A DNA stretch of 64,000 nucleotides, from contig JACAFG010000001.1 of assembly GCA_019352195.1 (NCBI GenBank), positions 66,485 to 130,484 of the forward strand, given 5' to 3'. Under the pieces are notes generated by a model. It was given only the letters and a program-made list of their open reading frames with translations, did not search any database and had not been told where the DNA came from. Origin of the DNA: Candidatus Saccharimonadota bacterium. Its GTDB lineage: Bacteria; Patescibacteriota; Saccharimonadia; UBA4664. This document shows positions 1-8,585 of the stretch, piece after piece. Position 1 is the stretch's first letter. The number at the start of each line of letters is the position of its first letter. Both the position numbers and the translations under genes were made by a program.

Positions 1-287
1 ATGGTGGCGCCGCTTTCGGCTGTTACCTGAAGGCGCTCGGTATCGACTTCGATACTTTTGGCCCGATTATGAATCACGAGCCCGCGAAAACCGGCATCGC
101 TCACTAAGATGTTCGCACCGGTACCGAGCACAAAGTAGGGGATACCCCTACCCTTAGCTGCAGTCACAGCCGCGGTTAATTCGGCGGCGCTGTGAACCGT
201 AACAAACATGTCGGCCGGCCCGCCAATTTTATAGGTAGTTAACGGGGCCAGCGGGACGTTGGTTTGGAGATTTGGTAGATCAAGCAT
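1..287 (-). CDS. murB: UDP-N-acetylenolpyruvoylglucosamine reductase, 5' part (runs off window start)
   Basis: Manual minus-strand translation from ATG 287: MLDLPNLQTNVPLAPLTTYKIGGPAD...LGTGANILVSDAGFRGLVI, the MurB FAD-binding N-terminus. Confidence 0.93.
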   Translation of the reverse strand, partial: MLDLPNLQTNVPLAPLTTYKIGGPADMFVTVHSAAELTAAVTAAKGRGIPYFVLGTGANILVSDAGFRGLVIHNRAKSIEVDTERLQVTAESGAT

Positions 288-308
288 CGTGCTAAGGCTT
301 CAGCTTGG

Positions 309-710
309 TTAAACTAGCGCGCGCGCTGTTGTTTGGAGCGAGCTAACCGTGGCCAATAGCTCTGCCGCCGTAGTCTCGGTTACAGCCTGACCAGTCAAGT
401 CTGCGCCGCTGGGGGAAGTACCAAAAATCATGGCATTTTCGTAAGACTCGAGACGGCGGTCGGTATATAGCTGGTAGCCCGTTTCGCGCACACCGCCAGC
501 GACGCGCTTGAGTATTTGCACTTTCACGATGGGGATGGCACTGCTTGCCACCGTACAGCGAGTGAGGTAAATGAGCTGGTTATCCCACGTAAGAAATTTC
601 TGGGTTACAATGGGGGCCCCAGTCTGGGCCATTTTTTCGGTTAAATACCAGGTAATTGCGTTTTCGAGCGCTGTTTTAGTTGGTTCGGTTGCTAGGGAAT
701 TGTCGCTCAT
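309..710 (-). CDS. hypothetical protein
   Basis: 133-aa ORF just upstream of murB on the same strand; no motif recognised. Confidence 0.7.
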   Translation of the reverse strand: MSDNSLATEPTKTALENAITWYLTEKMAQTGAPIVTQKFLTWDNQLIYLTRCTVASSAIPIVKVQILKRVAGGVRETGYQLYTDRRLESYENAMIFGTSPSGADLTGQAVTETTAAELLATVSSLQTTARALV

Positions 711-790
711 ACATCAAAGCATAAACTTTATTGCCGGTTGTGCAATGACCTGCTACATTTAAGCTAATTCTAAGCCTTAGGGAGCACATT

Positions 791-1615
791 TTGGAGCCAA
801 CGCTTACCGGAACGGTACCGCAACCAGTTACGCCCTACCAGTCAAATCCGTTTGCACTTATTTGGGACGGCTTTCGGTCGTTAGGCGCGAATGTTGGGCC
901 GCTCATTTTACTGTTTCTTATCAGTATCGCCGTCGTGATCGCGTTTATTCCGGGCATTGCGGTAATCGCTCTCGGTCACTCACAGATGACGAACATATTG
1001 ATTGGCAGTGCGCTTATTTTTGCTGCCCTGGTAGTGGCAGTTGTCATCGGCGTGCGTATATTTGCCGTGGGAGTCTTGCTCTACATGTCGAACGCGCAGG
1101 GCAAAAAGGTCGAATTTGGCGAGCTATACGCTATGGGGAAGCCATTTGCGTTGCGCCTCGCCGGCTTATCACTGCTGATGGGTTTCATCTTTTTCGGCGG
1201 GTTTTTGCTCTTTATAATTCCGGGCATCCTGTTTATATATTGGTTTACCATGGCCCCTTATGTCCTTGTTGACCAAAATTGCAGCATCACCGAAGCTCTC
1301 GGCCGCAGCAAGGCAATGGTAAAAGGCCACGGCTGGGAAGTTTACGGGTTTTTGGCCACGTATAGTCTCATTAGTGCGCTCGAAAATATCCCTGTTATCG
1401 GTAGCCTCATTTCGCTTGTTTTGGGCTATGCGTATGGGAGTGCCAATGCGCTGCGCTATTTTCAGCTACGCGATCACGCCGAAGCGAACAAGCCGACGGG
1501 GCCTGTTAGCGGCTGGAATTATGGCGTAATCATCGGTGTCTCTGTTCTAATAGTGGCGTTCATTGCCTTTTTCATCTACACGATTAGTCAACCAAACTCC
1601 AACTCGACCTATTAA
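791..1615 (+). CDS. multi-pass membrane protein (DUF975 / GDPD membrane-domain-like)
   Basis: Several hydrophobic helices; IIPGIL..YW...PYVLVDQ...EALGRSKAMVKGH pattern; GGGAG upstream of TTG start. Confidence 0.8.
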   Translation: MEPTLTGTVPQPVTPYQSNPFALIWDGFRSLGANVGPLILLFLISIAVVIAFIPGIAVIALGHSQMTNILIGSALIFAALVVAVVIGVRIFAVGVLLYMSNAQGKKVEFGELYAMGKPFALRLAGLSLLMGFIFFGGFLLFIIPGILFIYWFTMAPYVLVDQNCSITEALGRSKAMVKGHGWEVYGFLATYSLISALENIPVIGSLISLVLGYAYGSANALRYFQLRDHAEANKPTGPVSGWNYGVIIGVSVLIVAFIAFFIYTISQPNSNSTY

Positions 1616-1727
1616 ACCAAGACTAGTCGCAAAGTGTTGCCAAAGATAAACTGGTCGGAGCAGGCTGCGCCAGCTATACTTCCTATGTCGAAGGCATAGC
1701 CCGCCAAAGCTAGTCCGTACAATTTAG

Positions 1728-1803
1728 GCGCCTGTAGCTCAGGGGATAGAGCACCAGTTTCCGGTACTGGGTGTCGGGGGTTCAAATCCCTCCAGGCGCA
1801 CCA
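1728..1803 (+). tRNA. tRNA-Arg(CCG)
   Basis: Acceptor stem GCGCCTG/CAGGCGC, anticodon arm CCAGT-TTCCGGT-ACTGG, TTCAAAT T-loop, encoded CCA. Confidence 0.96.
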
Positions 1804-1959
1804 TTCGGCTTAGTTGCAGTAAACGATGCCACAGGCTTATAGTGAACTAATGCATTACCGTCTAAGAGTGCCGAAATTATTTGAGGGCGAAATGCCAGTC
1901 GTATCAAAGCAATTATTCCTACTTATTAATACGGCTAAGCGCCGGCCTTTGGTTGTAGG

Positions 1960-2340
1960 ATGAATATGAATCCATCAGAAGTAACGCCATTCGATGAAGT
2001 CAAGCAGTTTGAAAAACGCCAGCCAGAGGCAATTGTAGCCCTCTACTCATTTGATAATCGCTGTCGCTTCGCCTCAGCTACACATCGTACCATTCTCGGA
2101 TACTCTCAGGCTGAAATGATCGGCAAACATTGGTCTGAAGTGGTATCGCCTGAAGATCACGCGCACGCCAACCTCGCCGGTAACGACGCGGTCCTTCTAG
2201 GTCAGTCGATCGAGTTTGGCCTCCGTGTGCTTACTAAGGCGGGTGAAAGGGTGCCGTTGCGAGGCGCGGCCCGAATCCTCACCGATGCTGATAGTGATGA
2301 GTATTATTTGCTGTTTATAGCGGAAGTTGCAGCGCTTTAA
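1960..2340 (+). CDS. stand-alone PAS-domain protein
   Basis: F.S.....ILGYSQAEMIGKHWSEVVSPED...R..TKAGE pattern typical of PAS domains. Confidence 0.85.
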   Translation: MNMNPSEVTPFDEVKQFEKRQPEAIVALYSFDNRCRFASATHRTILGYSQAEMIGKHWSEVVSPEDHAHANLAGNDAVLLGQSIEFGLRVLTKAGERVPLRGAARILTDADSDEYYLLFIAEVAAL

Positions 2341-2411
2341 CTCCCAATGAGCGCAACTATGGCCTTAAGCCTGAAAACTTAAGGCCATAATTTTCACTTG
2401 TACGATGGTGG

Positions 2412-2894
2412 CTAAGCCTTGGGAGTAACCGTGGGAACCGTCTTAGGAGTTGGAGTGGGTGTTGGGGTAGGCGATGGCGTTTTCGCTACTTGTGCCGTCA
2501 ACGCCGCGTTTTGCTGCGTAAGCGTCTTGTTTTGCTGCGTCAGTGTGGCATTCTGAGTCTTGAGATCGGTAATCTGTTGGCTCGTGGTACTGCTGTCGTT
2601 AGACTGCGAATTGGTCTGCCAAGCGTACACGGCGAGCCCTGCAATCAAGGCCGCGGCCAGTGCCGTAATTACAACAATGAGTGCGGCCTTAGAATCATTT
2701 TGCTTGGGCTCTGTCACCGGTGACTCGGCCGGAGTCGCGGCTGGCTCAACTGGTGTTGACGCGCTCTCGGTCGATGTCGCTGCTGACGTCTCCGGTGTCA
2801 CACCTGTAGTTTCTGGGCTCGATGCGGGCGTTACGACCGGCTCGGTCGGGGGCACGGACTGGCTAGCTGGGGGTTTGATATCCATGGTACTCAC
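2412..2894 (-). CDS. hypothetical single-TM protein with Pro/Thr-rich ends and short coiled coil
   Basis: Low-complexity N-terminus, one TM helix, QQITDLKTQNATLTQQNKTLTQQN heptads, TPTP tail. Confidence 0.75.
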   Translation of the reverse strand: MSTMDIKPPASQSVPPTEPVVTPASSPETTGVTPETSAATSTESASTPVEPAATPAESPVTEPKQNDSKAALIVVITALAAALIAGLAVYAWQTNSQSNDSSTTSQQITDLKTQNATLTQQNKTLTQQNAALTAQVAKTPSPTPTPTPTPKTVPTVTPKA

Positions 2895-3018
2895 TTGTAA
2901 TAATTCTAATCACCACTGTAGCAGAAGCACTTACAAAAGCCGAATAAGCGCTCACGCCATCGCGGCGCCAAGATGCCAACGCTTCAATTACGCTGAATGT
3001 GCGGTACAATGTTAGCCT

Positions 3019-3095
3019 GCGCTCGTAGCTCAGCTGGATAGAGTACTTGGCTTCGAACCAAGGGGTCGGGGGTTCGAATCCCTCCGGGCGCACCA
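3019..3095 (+). tRNA. tRNA-Arg(TCG)
   Basis: Acceptor GCGCTCG/CGGGCGC, anticodon arm CTTGG-CTTCGAA-CCAAG, TTCGAAT T-loop, CCA end. Confidence 0.96.
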
Positions 3096-3235
3096 AAAGT
3101 TCTTATCAGCCTCCCGATCTAAAATGCCTGGCAGCCTCATTTAGCTTGCCAAACGGCTATTTTTTAGCTAGGATAATATCTGCTCAGAGCATATTGGCAC
3201 TCAGCAAAAAGCCCATACTCGTCGGTACAATTTGC

Positions 3236-3312
3236 GGGCCATTAGCTCAGTTGGTTAGAGCAGGGGACTCTTAATCCCCGTGTCCTGGGTTCGAATCCCA
3301 GATGGCCCTCCA
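3236..3312 (+). tRNA. tRNA-Lys(CTT)
   Basis: Acceptor GGGCCAT/ATGGCCC, anticodon arm GGGGA-CTCTTAA-TCCCC, TTCGAAT T-loop, CCA end. Confidence 0.97.
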
Positions 3313-3323
3313 GAAATTATCTG

Positions 3324-3355
3324 CGAATGAACGGCTCTATAAAGCCATTCGTTCG
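3324..3355 (+). terminator. hairpin downstream of tRNA-Lys
   Basis: CGAATGAACGGCT-CTATAA-AGCCATTCGTTCG stem-loop; homologous to the hairpin at 9760-9791. Confidence 0.6.
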
Positions 3356-3563
3356 TGCTCGTAATTGATAACCCACATGTTGGCTCGGAACAAGTATCCA
3401 TACCCAGCTAAGATACCCGAGTGATGCCAGTATGAGCCGAACAACTTACCGGCCAATATGTGGGGGATATACCCGTTTGTTAGCTCAGCATAAAAAAGCG
3501 AGCTAAAATGCTTGTAACAAGTCATGGTTACGCGAACGCACCATTTTAATGTATGATAATGCC

Positions 3564-3962
3564 ATGAATAAGCCTGTAAGCAAACCAAAAAAGCATGTTC
3601 CGTTTTTTCTAAAGATCACCGCAATTATCACTGCGACCGTAATACTTATTGTTGGAATAGGCTTGATTGCAATCCGGGCAACCCCTACAAATGAGAATGC
3701 CTTCACCGGGGTAAAGTTTGACGCTGCACAACAGGCGCTAACTTACGATAAAAGTGCCTATTCGCCTGATATTGTAAGCAGTTACACAAAACAGCAAGTT
3801 GTAAGCGTAGTTCCAAGTGTTGGCAACAATGCTAAAGGAGTTGGGGTCTGTTCTACCAACCCAGGCGAGGTCGCATATTATACGGTGACAGTGAAGCGGA
3901 TCTTCTTATTTGGCACAACCTATGCCACCAAGAGCTACAATATGTGCAATTTAGCATCGTAA
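3564..3962 (+). CDS. hypothetical membrane-anchored protein
   Basis: Basic N-terminus plus one TM helix; start placed at ATG 3564, 6 nt after TATGAT (3552-3557). Confidence 0.7.
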   Translation: MNKPVSKPKKHVPFFLKITAIITATVILIVGIGLIAIRATPTNENAFTGVKFDAAQQALTYDKSAYSPDIVSSYTKQQVVSVVPSVGNNAKGVGVCSTNPGEVAYYTVTVKRIFLFGTTYATKSYNMCNLAS

Positions 3963-4040
3963 TTTCTTAACAGTCCCGACTCAACGTAGTTGATTAATTT
4001 CGGCTTGAGCAATATGATTTTGTAGTTCTCCAGCTTAAGG

Positions 4041-5708
4041 ATGGATGAAAGCACTCCGAGCATGTCGCTCGTGAATTTCCTGAAATCCGCACCTCCTACC
4101 CAGAAGAAGGCGATTAAGTTGGTAAGAAGAAGAGTACTGCTAGCCGTATTGTCTGTCATCCTCGCATGTGTTGCGCTGATTGTGCCAACTGCCGGTCAAG
4201 CGCAAGCTTCAAGCTGTACCGGCCAAACATGGCCCACGACAGGCAGCATCCAGACGTCAAACGTCGCTGGCTCCAACACGTACGATGCAACATTCGAATT
4301 TTCGCTTACCGCGGACCAGCTATGTTCGCTCCAAGCATCAGCTCCTTACTTGGAGATCGACTTCTCGCTCCACAACTTCAGTGTACCTGCAGCCTGGGAA
4401 GGGTATTCGATCGTTGATACCAATCTACCTGGGGCGATACATGACGTGGCGTACGGCGACCCAGTAAATGTAACCAGTCCGGCCACGACGCGTGTATATA
4501 CAGCACAGCTTGTGGCGGGTCACTCATACTACACCTAGTTAAATTGGACGGCTCCCGCTCAGTCCGGTACTACCCCGTACATTCAGTATGTTTGGGTTCC
4601 AAGCCGATGGATTAGCAGCTCACCTTACGAGCAGTACTCCTGCCTTGTCGCTGGCGGAAACGTGTACCCGGAAGGTGATTCCAGGAACCCTAATGAAGCG
4701 TGGTGCGTTTTTCCTATCAATGGAGACGCGGTGACGCTTTTCGGTAGCAAAACCTTCACTGGCGGGTTCCCTGGCGGCGCAATGCCGCTAGATGGATATC
4801 GCTGGTATGATTGGTTTCCGTCGATCAGCTATTCAAGTAGTAATACCGCGTTGCCAGGAACCAATCCGCCTGCACCGCCATCGCGCATAATGGTCGATAC
4901 CGGAAATAGCACTGTTTTTGCCAAAGATGGCCTCGGGAATGGAGGCTGGACTCAAGAAACGGACCCCTCAACCGCCACGAGAATAGCAGCTGGTGGCGCA
5001 ACTCAGCTTCTTACAAACTCGTGCAACCAAATCTACGCTAAAGATACGGTCGGTGTCGGAGGCTGGATACAGGAGACGGATTGCGGCGCATCACAGGCGA
5101 TTGACGTGAGCGCAACTGGTGTTCAAGTACTTTTGAACGCTTGTAACGCGGTGTACGCAAAGACTGGCATTAGCTATGGGGGATGGACCCAAGAGACGGC
5201 CTGTAATACTGCCACCGCAATAGCAGTGGGTGGAAATACCCAAATGCTTATCAACTCCTGCAATGCCGTATATGCCAAGAATACAATTGGTGTTGAAGGC
5301 TGGATACAGGAAACGCCGTGCGGAACTGCCAAAGCCATCGCTACCAGTTCGACCGGAACCCAAATGCTTATCAATGCGTGCGACGCAGTGTACGCAAAAA
5401 CAGGCATTGGGACAGATGGATGGACCCAAGAAACCGACTGCAACACTGCCAGATCAATTGCAGTCGGCGACGACACCCAAGCAGTGATAACTTTTTGCAA
5501 CGCAGTATATGTCAAGAATACAATTGGGGTTGGAGGCTGGACGCAGGAAGCCGATTGCGGAACTGCCAATCTCGTTGCGGTAGGCACTGGTGGCCGACAG
5601 GTAATCAGGACTGGCGATAATTCCGTATACGCCAAGGACACGATTGGAGTAGGTGGCTGGGGGTTACAGGCTGCAGCCGGAACGGCCATAGCAATTGATG
5701 TAGGCTAG
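4041..5708 (+). pseudogene. secreted protein with C-terminal tectonin-like beta-propeller repeats, interrupted by one in-frame TAG (4536-4538)
   Basis: ORFs 4041-4538 and 4662-5708 share a frame and the gap is open after the TAG; signal peptide RRRVLLAVLSVILACVALIVPTAGQAQA; about seven ~39-aa repeats AVYAKxxIGxGGWxQETxC. True start uncertain. Confidence 0.7.
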
Positions 5709-5767
5709 TGCAGTAAAAATCGATAATCTATGTTCGTTGGCCGGAGCTATCGCTTCTGGCTAAGGCC

Positions 5768-5801
5768 GAACCCCCGGTGTGCTTGATTGCACCGGGGGTT
5801 C
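5768..5801 (+). terminator. GC-rich hairpin after repeat-protein gene
   Basis: GAACCCCCGGTGT-N8-GCACCGGGGGTTC. Confidence 0.65.
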
Positions 5802-5845
5802 ATTATTTTCCAAGCAGCAGTGCCTCCGAGGTACGATCTATATCA

Positions 5846-5874
5846 GTTCTAACACTCAATACAATGCGCCTCCA
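5846..5874 (+). repeat. cassette junction repeat R1 (degenerate)
   Basis: GTTCTAACACTCAATACAATGCGCCTCCA aligns without gaps to R2-R6; followed by TAGCACTTATGCTTAA, hairpin AAACGACC-GAAA-GGTCGTTT and TGTTATACT. Confidence 0.7.
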
Positions 5875-5924
5875 TAGCACTTATGCTTAAACGACCGAAA
5901 GGTCGTTTTTGTTATACTAACAAC

Positions 5925-6251
5925 ATGTACAAAATAGTCAGAAAACAGGAAGCGGCAGTACGTAAGATCTCAGAGACTTACGAAGCTCGAAACTACATCA
6001 CGAAGGATATCTCCCGATCAGTATCATTGGCCGTCAATACGGCATCGGGCCATTCTGAGCGAGAGACAACTGATTATGACCGTATCTACTATGTCATTAG
6101 TGGCGAGTTATTGATTAACATTGATGGCGAAAGCAGTGGCATTTCGACGGGCGATAGCCTACTGATCTCAAAAGGCACGATTTACGATTTTTATGGAACG
6201 TTTGAGGCGGTCGTGGTAAATCAGCCAGCTTTTGGTACATCAGTGCAGTAG
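5925..6251 (+). CDS. cupin-domain protein
   Basis: DRIYYVISGELLINIDGE....STGDSLLISKGTIY cupin motifs; ATG 5925 lies 6 nt after TATACT; stop TAG overlaps R2. Confidence 0.85.
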   Translation: MYKIVRKQEAAVRKISETYEARNYITKDISRSVSLAVNTASGHSERETTDYDRIYYVISGELLINIDGESSGISTGDSLLISKGTIYDFYGTFEAVVVNQPAFGTSVQ

Positions 6252-6276
6252 CAACAACGCGTACGACGGCCCTCCA
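6248..6276 (+). repeat. cassette junction repeat R2
   Basis: GTAGCAACAACGCGTACGACGGCCCTCCA, then GCACTTATAC, hairpin GACC-TTCG-GGTC and TTTTGTTATGAT. Confidence 0.9.
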
Positions 6277-6343
6277 GCACTTATACAATAGAGACCTTCG
6301 GGTCGCTTTTGTTATGATGTACAAAAGATAATGGATTTAGCAT

Positions 6344-6925
6344 ATGGCTACCCGAATAATTCTTCATGGCGGAAACTCGAATATAAAGAGTGACAAGAAT
6401 GATGACTTTTATCAAGAAATCATCAGGGGCGTAGAAAAGGATAACCTTTCGGTACTGTGTGTTTACTTCGCACGTCCCGAAGCAAGATGGGAAGACTCCT
6501 ATGCCGAAGATCAATCTGTTTTTCATGCTTTGGGCATAGAGACAGGCAGAGACCTTGATACAACAATGGCAACGTACGACATGGACGAGCTGCTTGGGAG
6601 CATTGTCGAGGCTGACGTCATCTTTATCAGCGGAGGCTACAACGGGCACCTCAAGGACACCCTTCTCACAATTGGCGTCAAAAACTTTCGTCAGATGATA
6701 CAGGGCAAAACACTGGTTGGCATTAGCGCAGGAGCAAATATACTCGGTGTATATTATTATTCGCAAGGTAGCGAAGAAATTCGTGAGGGCATTGGACTGC
6801 TGAATATCAAAGTTTTGACTCACTACTCGGAAGACCAAACAAAACAGCTTGCGCTACTGAAAAGCTACAAGGAAGACATACCAACTGTTACCGTTGCCGA
6901 AGAAGAGTACGTCGTCATTCAGTAA
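6344..6925 (+). CDS. peptidase S51 (dipeptidase E / type 1 glutamine amidotransferase-like)
   Basis: IILHGG, ADVIFISGG, GISAGA nucleophile elbow and downstream THY. Confidence 0.85.
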   Translation: MATRIILHGGNSNIKSDKNDDFYQEIIRGVEKDNLSVLCVYFARPEARWEDSYAEDQSVFHALGIETGRDLDTTMATYDMDELLGSIVEADVIFISGGYNGHLKDTLLTIGVKNFRQMIQGKTLVGISAGANILGVYYYSQGSEEIREGIGLLNIKVLTHYSEDQTKQLALLKSYKEDIPTVTVAEEEYVVIQ

Positions 6926-6975
6926 TTCCCTTCAACCGCAACGCGACCATGTCTGGGCGTCGTATCCGAATTGCA

Positions 6976-7004
6976 GTTGCAACAGCCAACACGATGGCCC
7001 TCCA
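6976..7004 (+). repeat. cassette junction repeat R3
   Basis: GTTGCAACAGCCAACACGATGGCCCTCCA, then GCACTTAT, 13-bp hairpin GCTTAAAGACTTC-TTCG-GAAGTCTTTAAGC (7013-7042) and TGGTATAAT. Confidence 0.95.
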
Positions 7005-7060
7005 GCACTTATGCTTAAAGACTTCTTCGGAAGTCTTTAAGCTTTGGTATAATCCTCACT

Positions 7061-7618
7061 ATGAAAGCAGACGAAATAGCCGCCTCAATCAAAAGCGCCA
7101 AAATCTCAAATAAACCAGTTTTGATTGCCATCGAAGGTTTTGGTGGGTCGGGCAAGTCAACTTTTGCGGGGCAGCTCACAGAGGCGTTGGGTGATGCCGC
7201 AGTTATCGGCATCGACGATTTTATCGTCAAAGAAAAGATGGATGAGCCAGCTTGGGAGGGTTCATTTGATTTGATGAGGCTCAAAGATGAAGTGCTAATT
7301 CCAGCAAGTCGTGGCCAAACCATCCGCTATCACAAACTCCTATGGGCAACGAATAACCTAAGCGAGGCAATCAACGTTCCCTTCGCGAGTTACCTCATCG
7401 TTGAGGGTATCTCGTCGTATCATCCAGATATTGCCGACTATTATGATTACAAAATCTGGATAGGGACACCGATCGAGGTAGCAAAAGCCAGAGGCCAAGC
7501 CAGAGATGCGGGTAACGAGAACGAATCCAAGTGGGACGTGTGGGCACAAAGTGATTTAGACTATCAGCACAAATACCATCCAGAACAAGCGGCCGATTTT
7601 ACCGTAGAGAATAAATAG
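7061..7618 (+). CDS. uridine-kinase-like P-loop NTPase
   Basis: IAIEGFGGSGKST Walker A, IDDF, LIVEG, YDYKIWI...RGQARD. Confidence 0.85.
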   Translation: MKADEIAASIKSAKISNKPVLIAIEGFGGSGKSTFAGQLTEALGDAAVIGIDDFIVKEKMDEPAWEGSFDLMRLKDEVLIPASRGQTIRYHKLLWATNNLSEAINVPFASYLIVEGISSYHPDIADYYDYKIWIGTPIEVAKARGQARDAGNENESKWDVWAQSDLDYQHKYHPEQAADFTVENK

Positions 7619-7635
7619 TACCGTCTCCAACTTCG

Positions 7636-7664
7636 GTAGCAACAAGCTTCAAGATGGCCCTCCA
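7636..7664 (+). repeat. cassette junction repeat R4
   Basis: GTAGCAACAAGCTTCAAGATGGCCCTCCA, then TTATGCTTAA, hairpin CAGAGAT-TTTGC-ATCTCTG, T6 tract and TATAAT. Confidence 0.92.
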
Positions 7665-7721
7665 ATACGGTTATGCTTAACCAGAGATTTTGCATCTCTG
7701 TTTTTTGTTTATAATGAATCA

Positions 7722-8494
7722 ATGCAACTGAAGACGGTCACTTGGAATATCGGTGGGGGTAAATATCTCAAAGCGGGTGCGGACCCGCTATTGTTGTCCT
7801 CATATTCTGTTGATGCAATATCCAATATAGCTGATTGACTCAAAGCAAGTGGCGCGGACATTATTGCGATTCAAGAAGCTCAAGCGGATAGTAATAGCAA
7901 TCAAGTTGAAGAAATCGCTAAATTGATCGATTTCAAGTATCACAACTTTGATGCAACGTCGAGCTCACATATCGATGAGAACAAACAACTCGGTAATGGT
8001 ATTATCTCAAAATATCCGATTAGTGAACACAGTCATGGTCTATTCCTTAACCCAAATATAGAGGCAGAGCGACAAGGAAAAATAATTAAGACCCACGACA
8101 AGGGTTTTGGTAAATGTTTTATTAATTTTGGCGAAAAAAGTGTTGAAGCTGCCGCACTTCATTTAATTCCATTTCAAACATTTAATATCGATTTGAGCTC
8201 TGAGAAGGGGAGAGAGATATTGTCGAGCGTCACGCAGAAAATTGGCGTATCAAATAAGTATTCTCTCGTAATGGGCGACTTCAACATCGACAGCCCGACT
8301 ATCAGCGAGTATTTACCTAAATTCTTTAATCTTAGTGGCGTTAAAGAGATAACTCTTGATGAACCGACAATTCCATCAGGGAAACAATACGATCATGTCA
8401 TATACAGGGCTTTAATCTGAATAAAATTGAGATAGATAATTCGGTTAAGACGGATCACTACCCGGTATTCTGTAGCTTTACTGTTTTGGCATAG
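7722..8494 (+). pseudogene. endonuclease/exonuclease/phosphatase (EEP) family pseudogene
   Basis: MQLKTVTWNI, DIIAIQE, MGDFN, YDHV and TDHYPV motifs; in-frame TGA at 7836-7838 and a 1-nt frameshift near 8408; final TAG overlaps R5. Confidence 0.85.
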
Positions 8495-8522
8495 TTGCAA
8501 CAGCGAGCACGATGGCCTTCGA
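8494..8522 (+). repeat. cassette junction repeat R5
   Basis: GTTGCAACAGCGAGCACGATGGCCTTCGA, then TAGTACTTATAC; no clear hairpin; TATAAT at 8574-8579. Confidence 0.88.
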
Positions 8523-8585
8523 TAGTACTTATACCTATCCATTATCCCTTGTTGATTCAGCCAGCATAAGAACTATAATCACATC

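Noticed and set aside
1813-1842. GTTGCAGTAAACGATGCCACAGGCTTAT after tRNA-Arg(CCG) as a junction repeat
   Set aside because: It needs gaps to align and lacks a tRNA-3'-end core; probably chance
2863-3274. ORFs 2863-3096 (-) and 3047-3274 (+)
   Set aside because: They overlap tRNA genes and are translation artefacts
3511-3543. CTTGTAACAAG...ACGCACCA as an extra junction with a tRNA-Arg-like end
   Set aside because: Spacing is 4 nt longer than the 29-bp consensus, only about 7 nt match a tRNA end, and no hairpin follows
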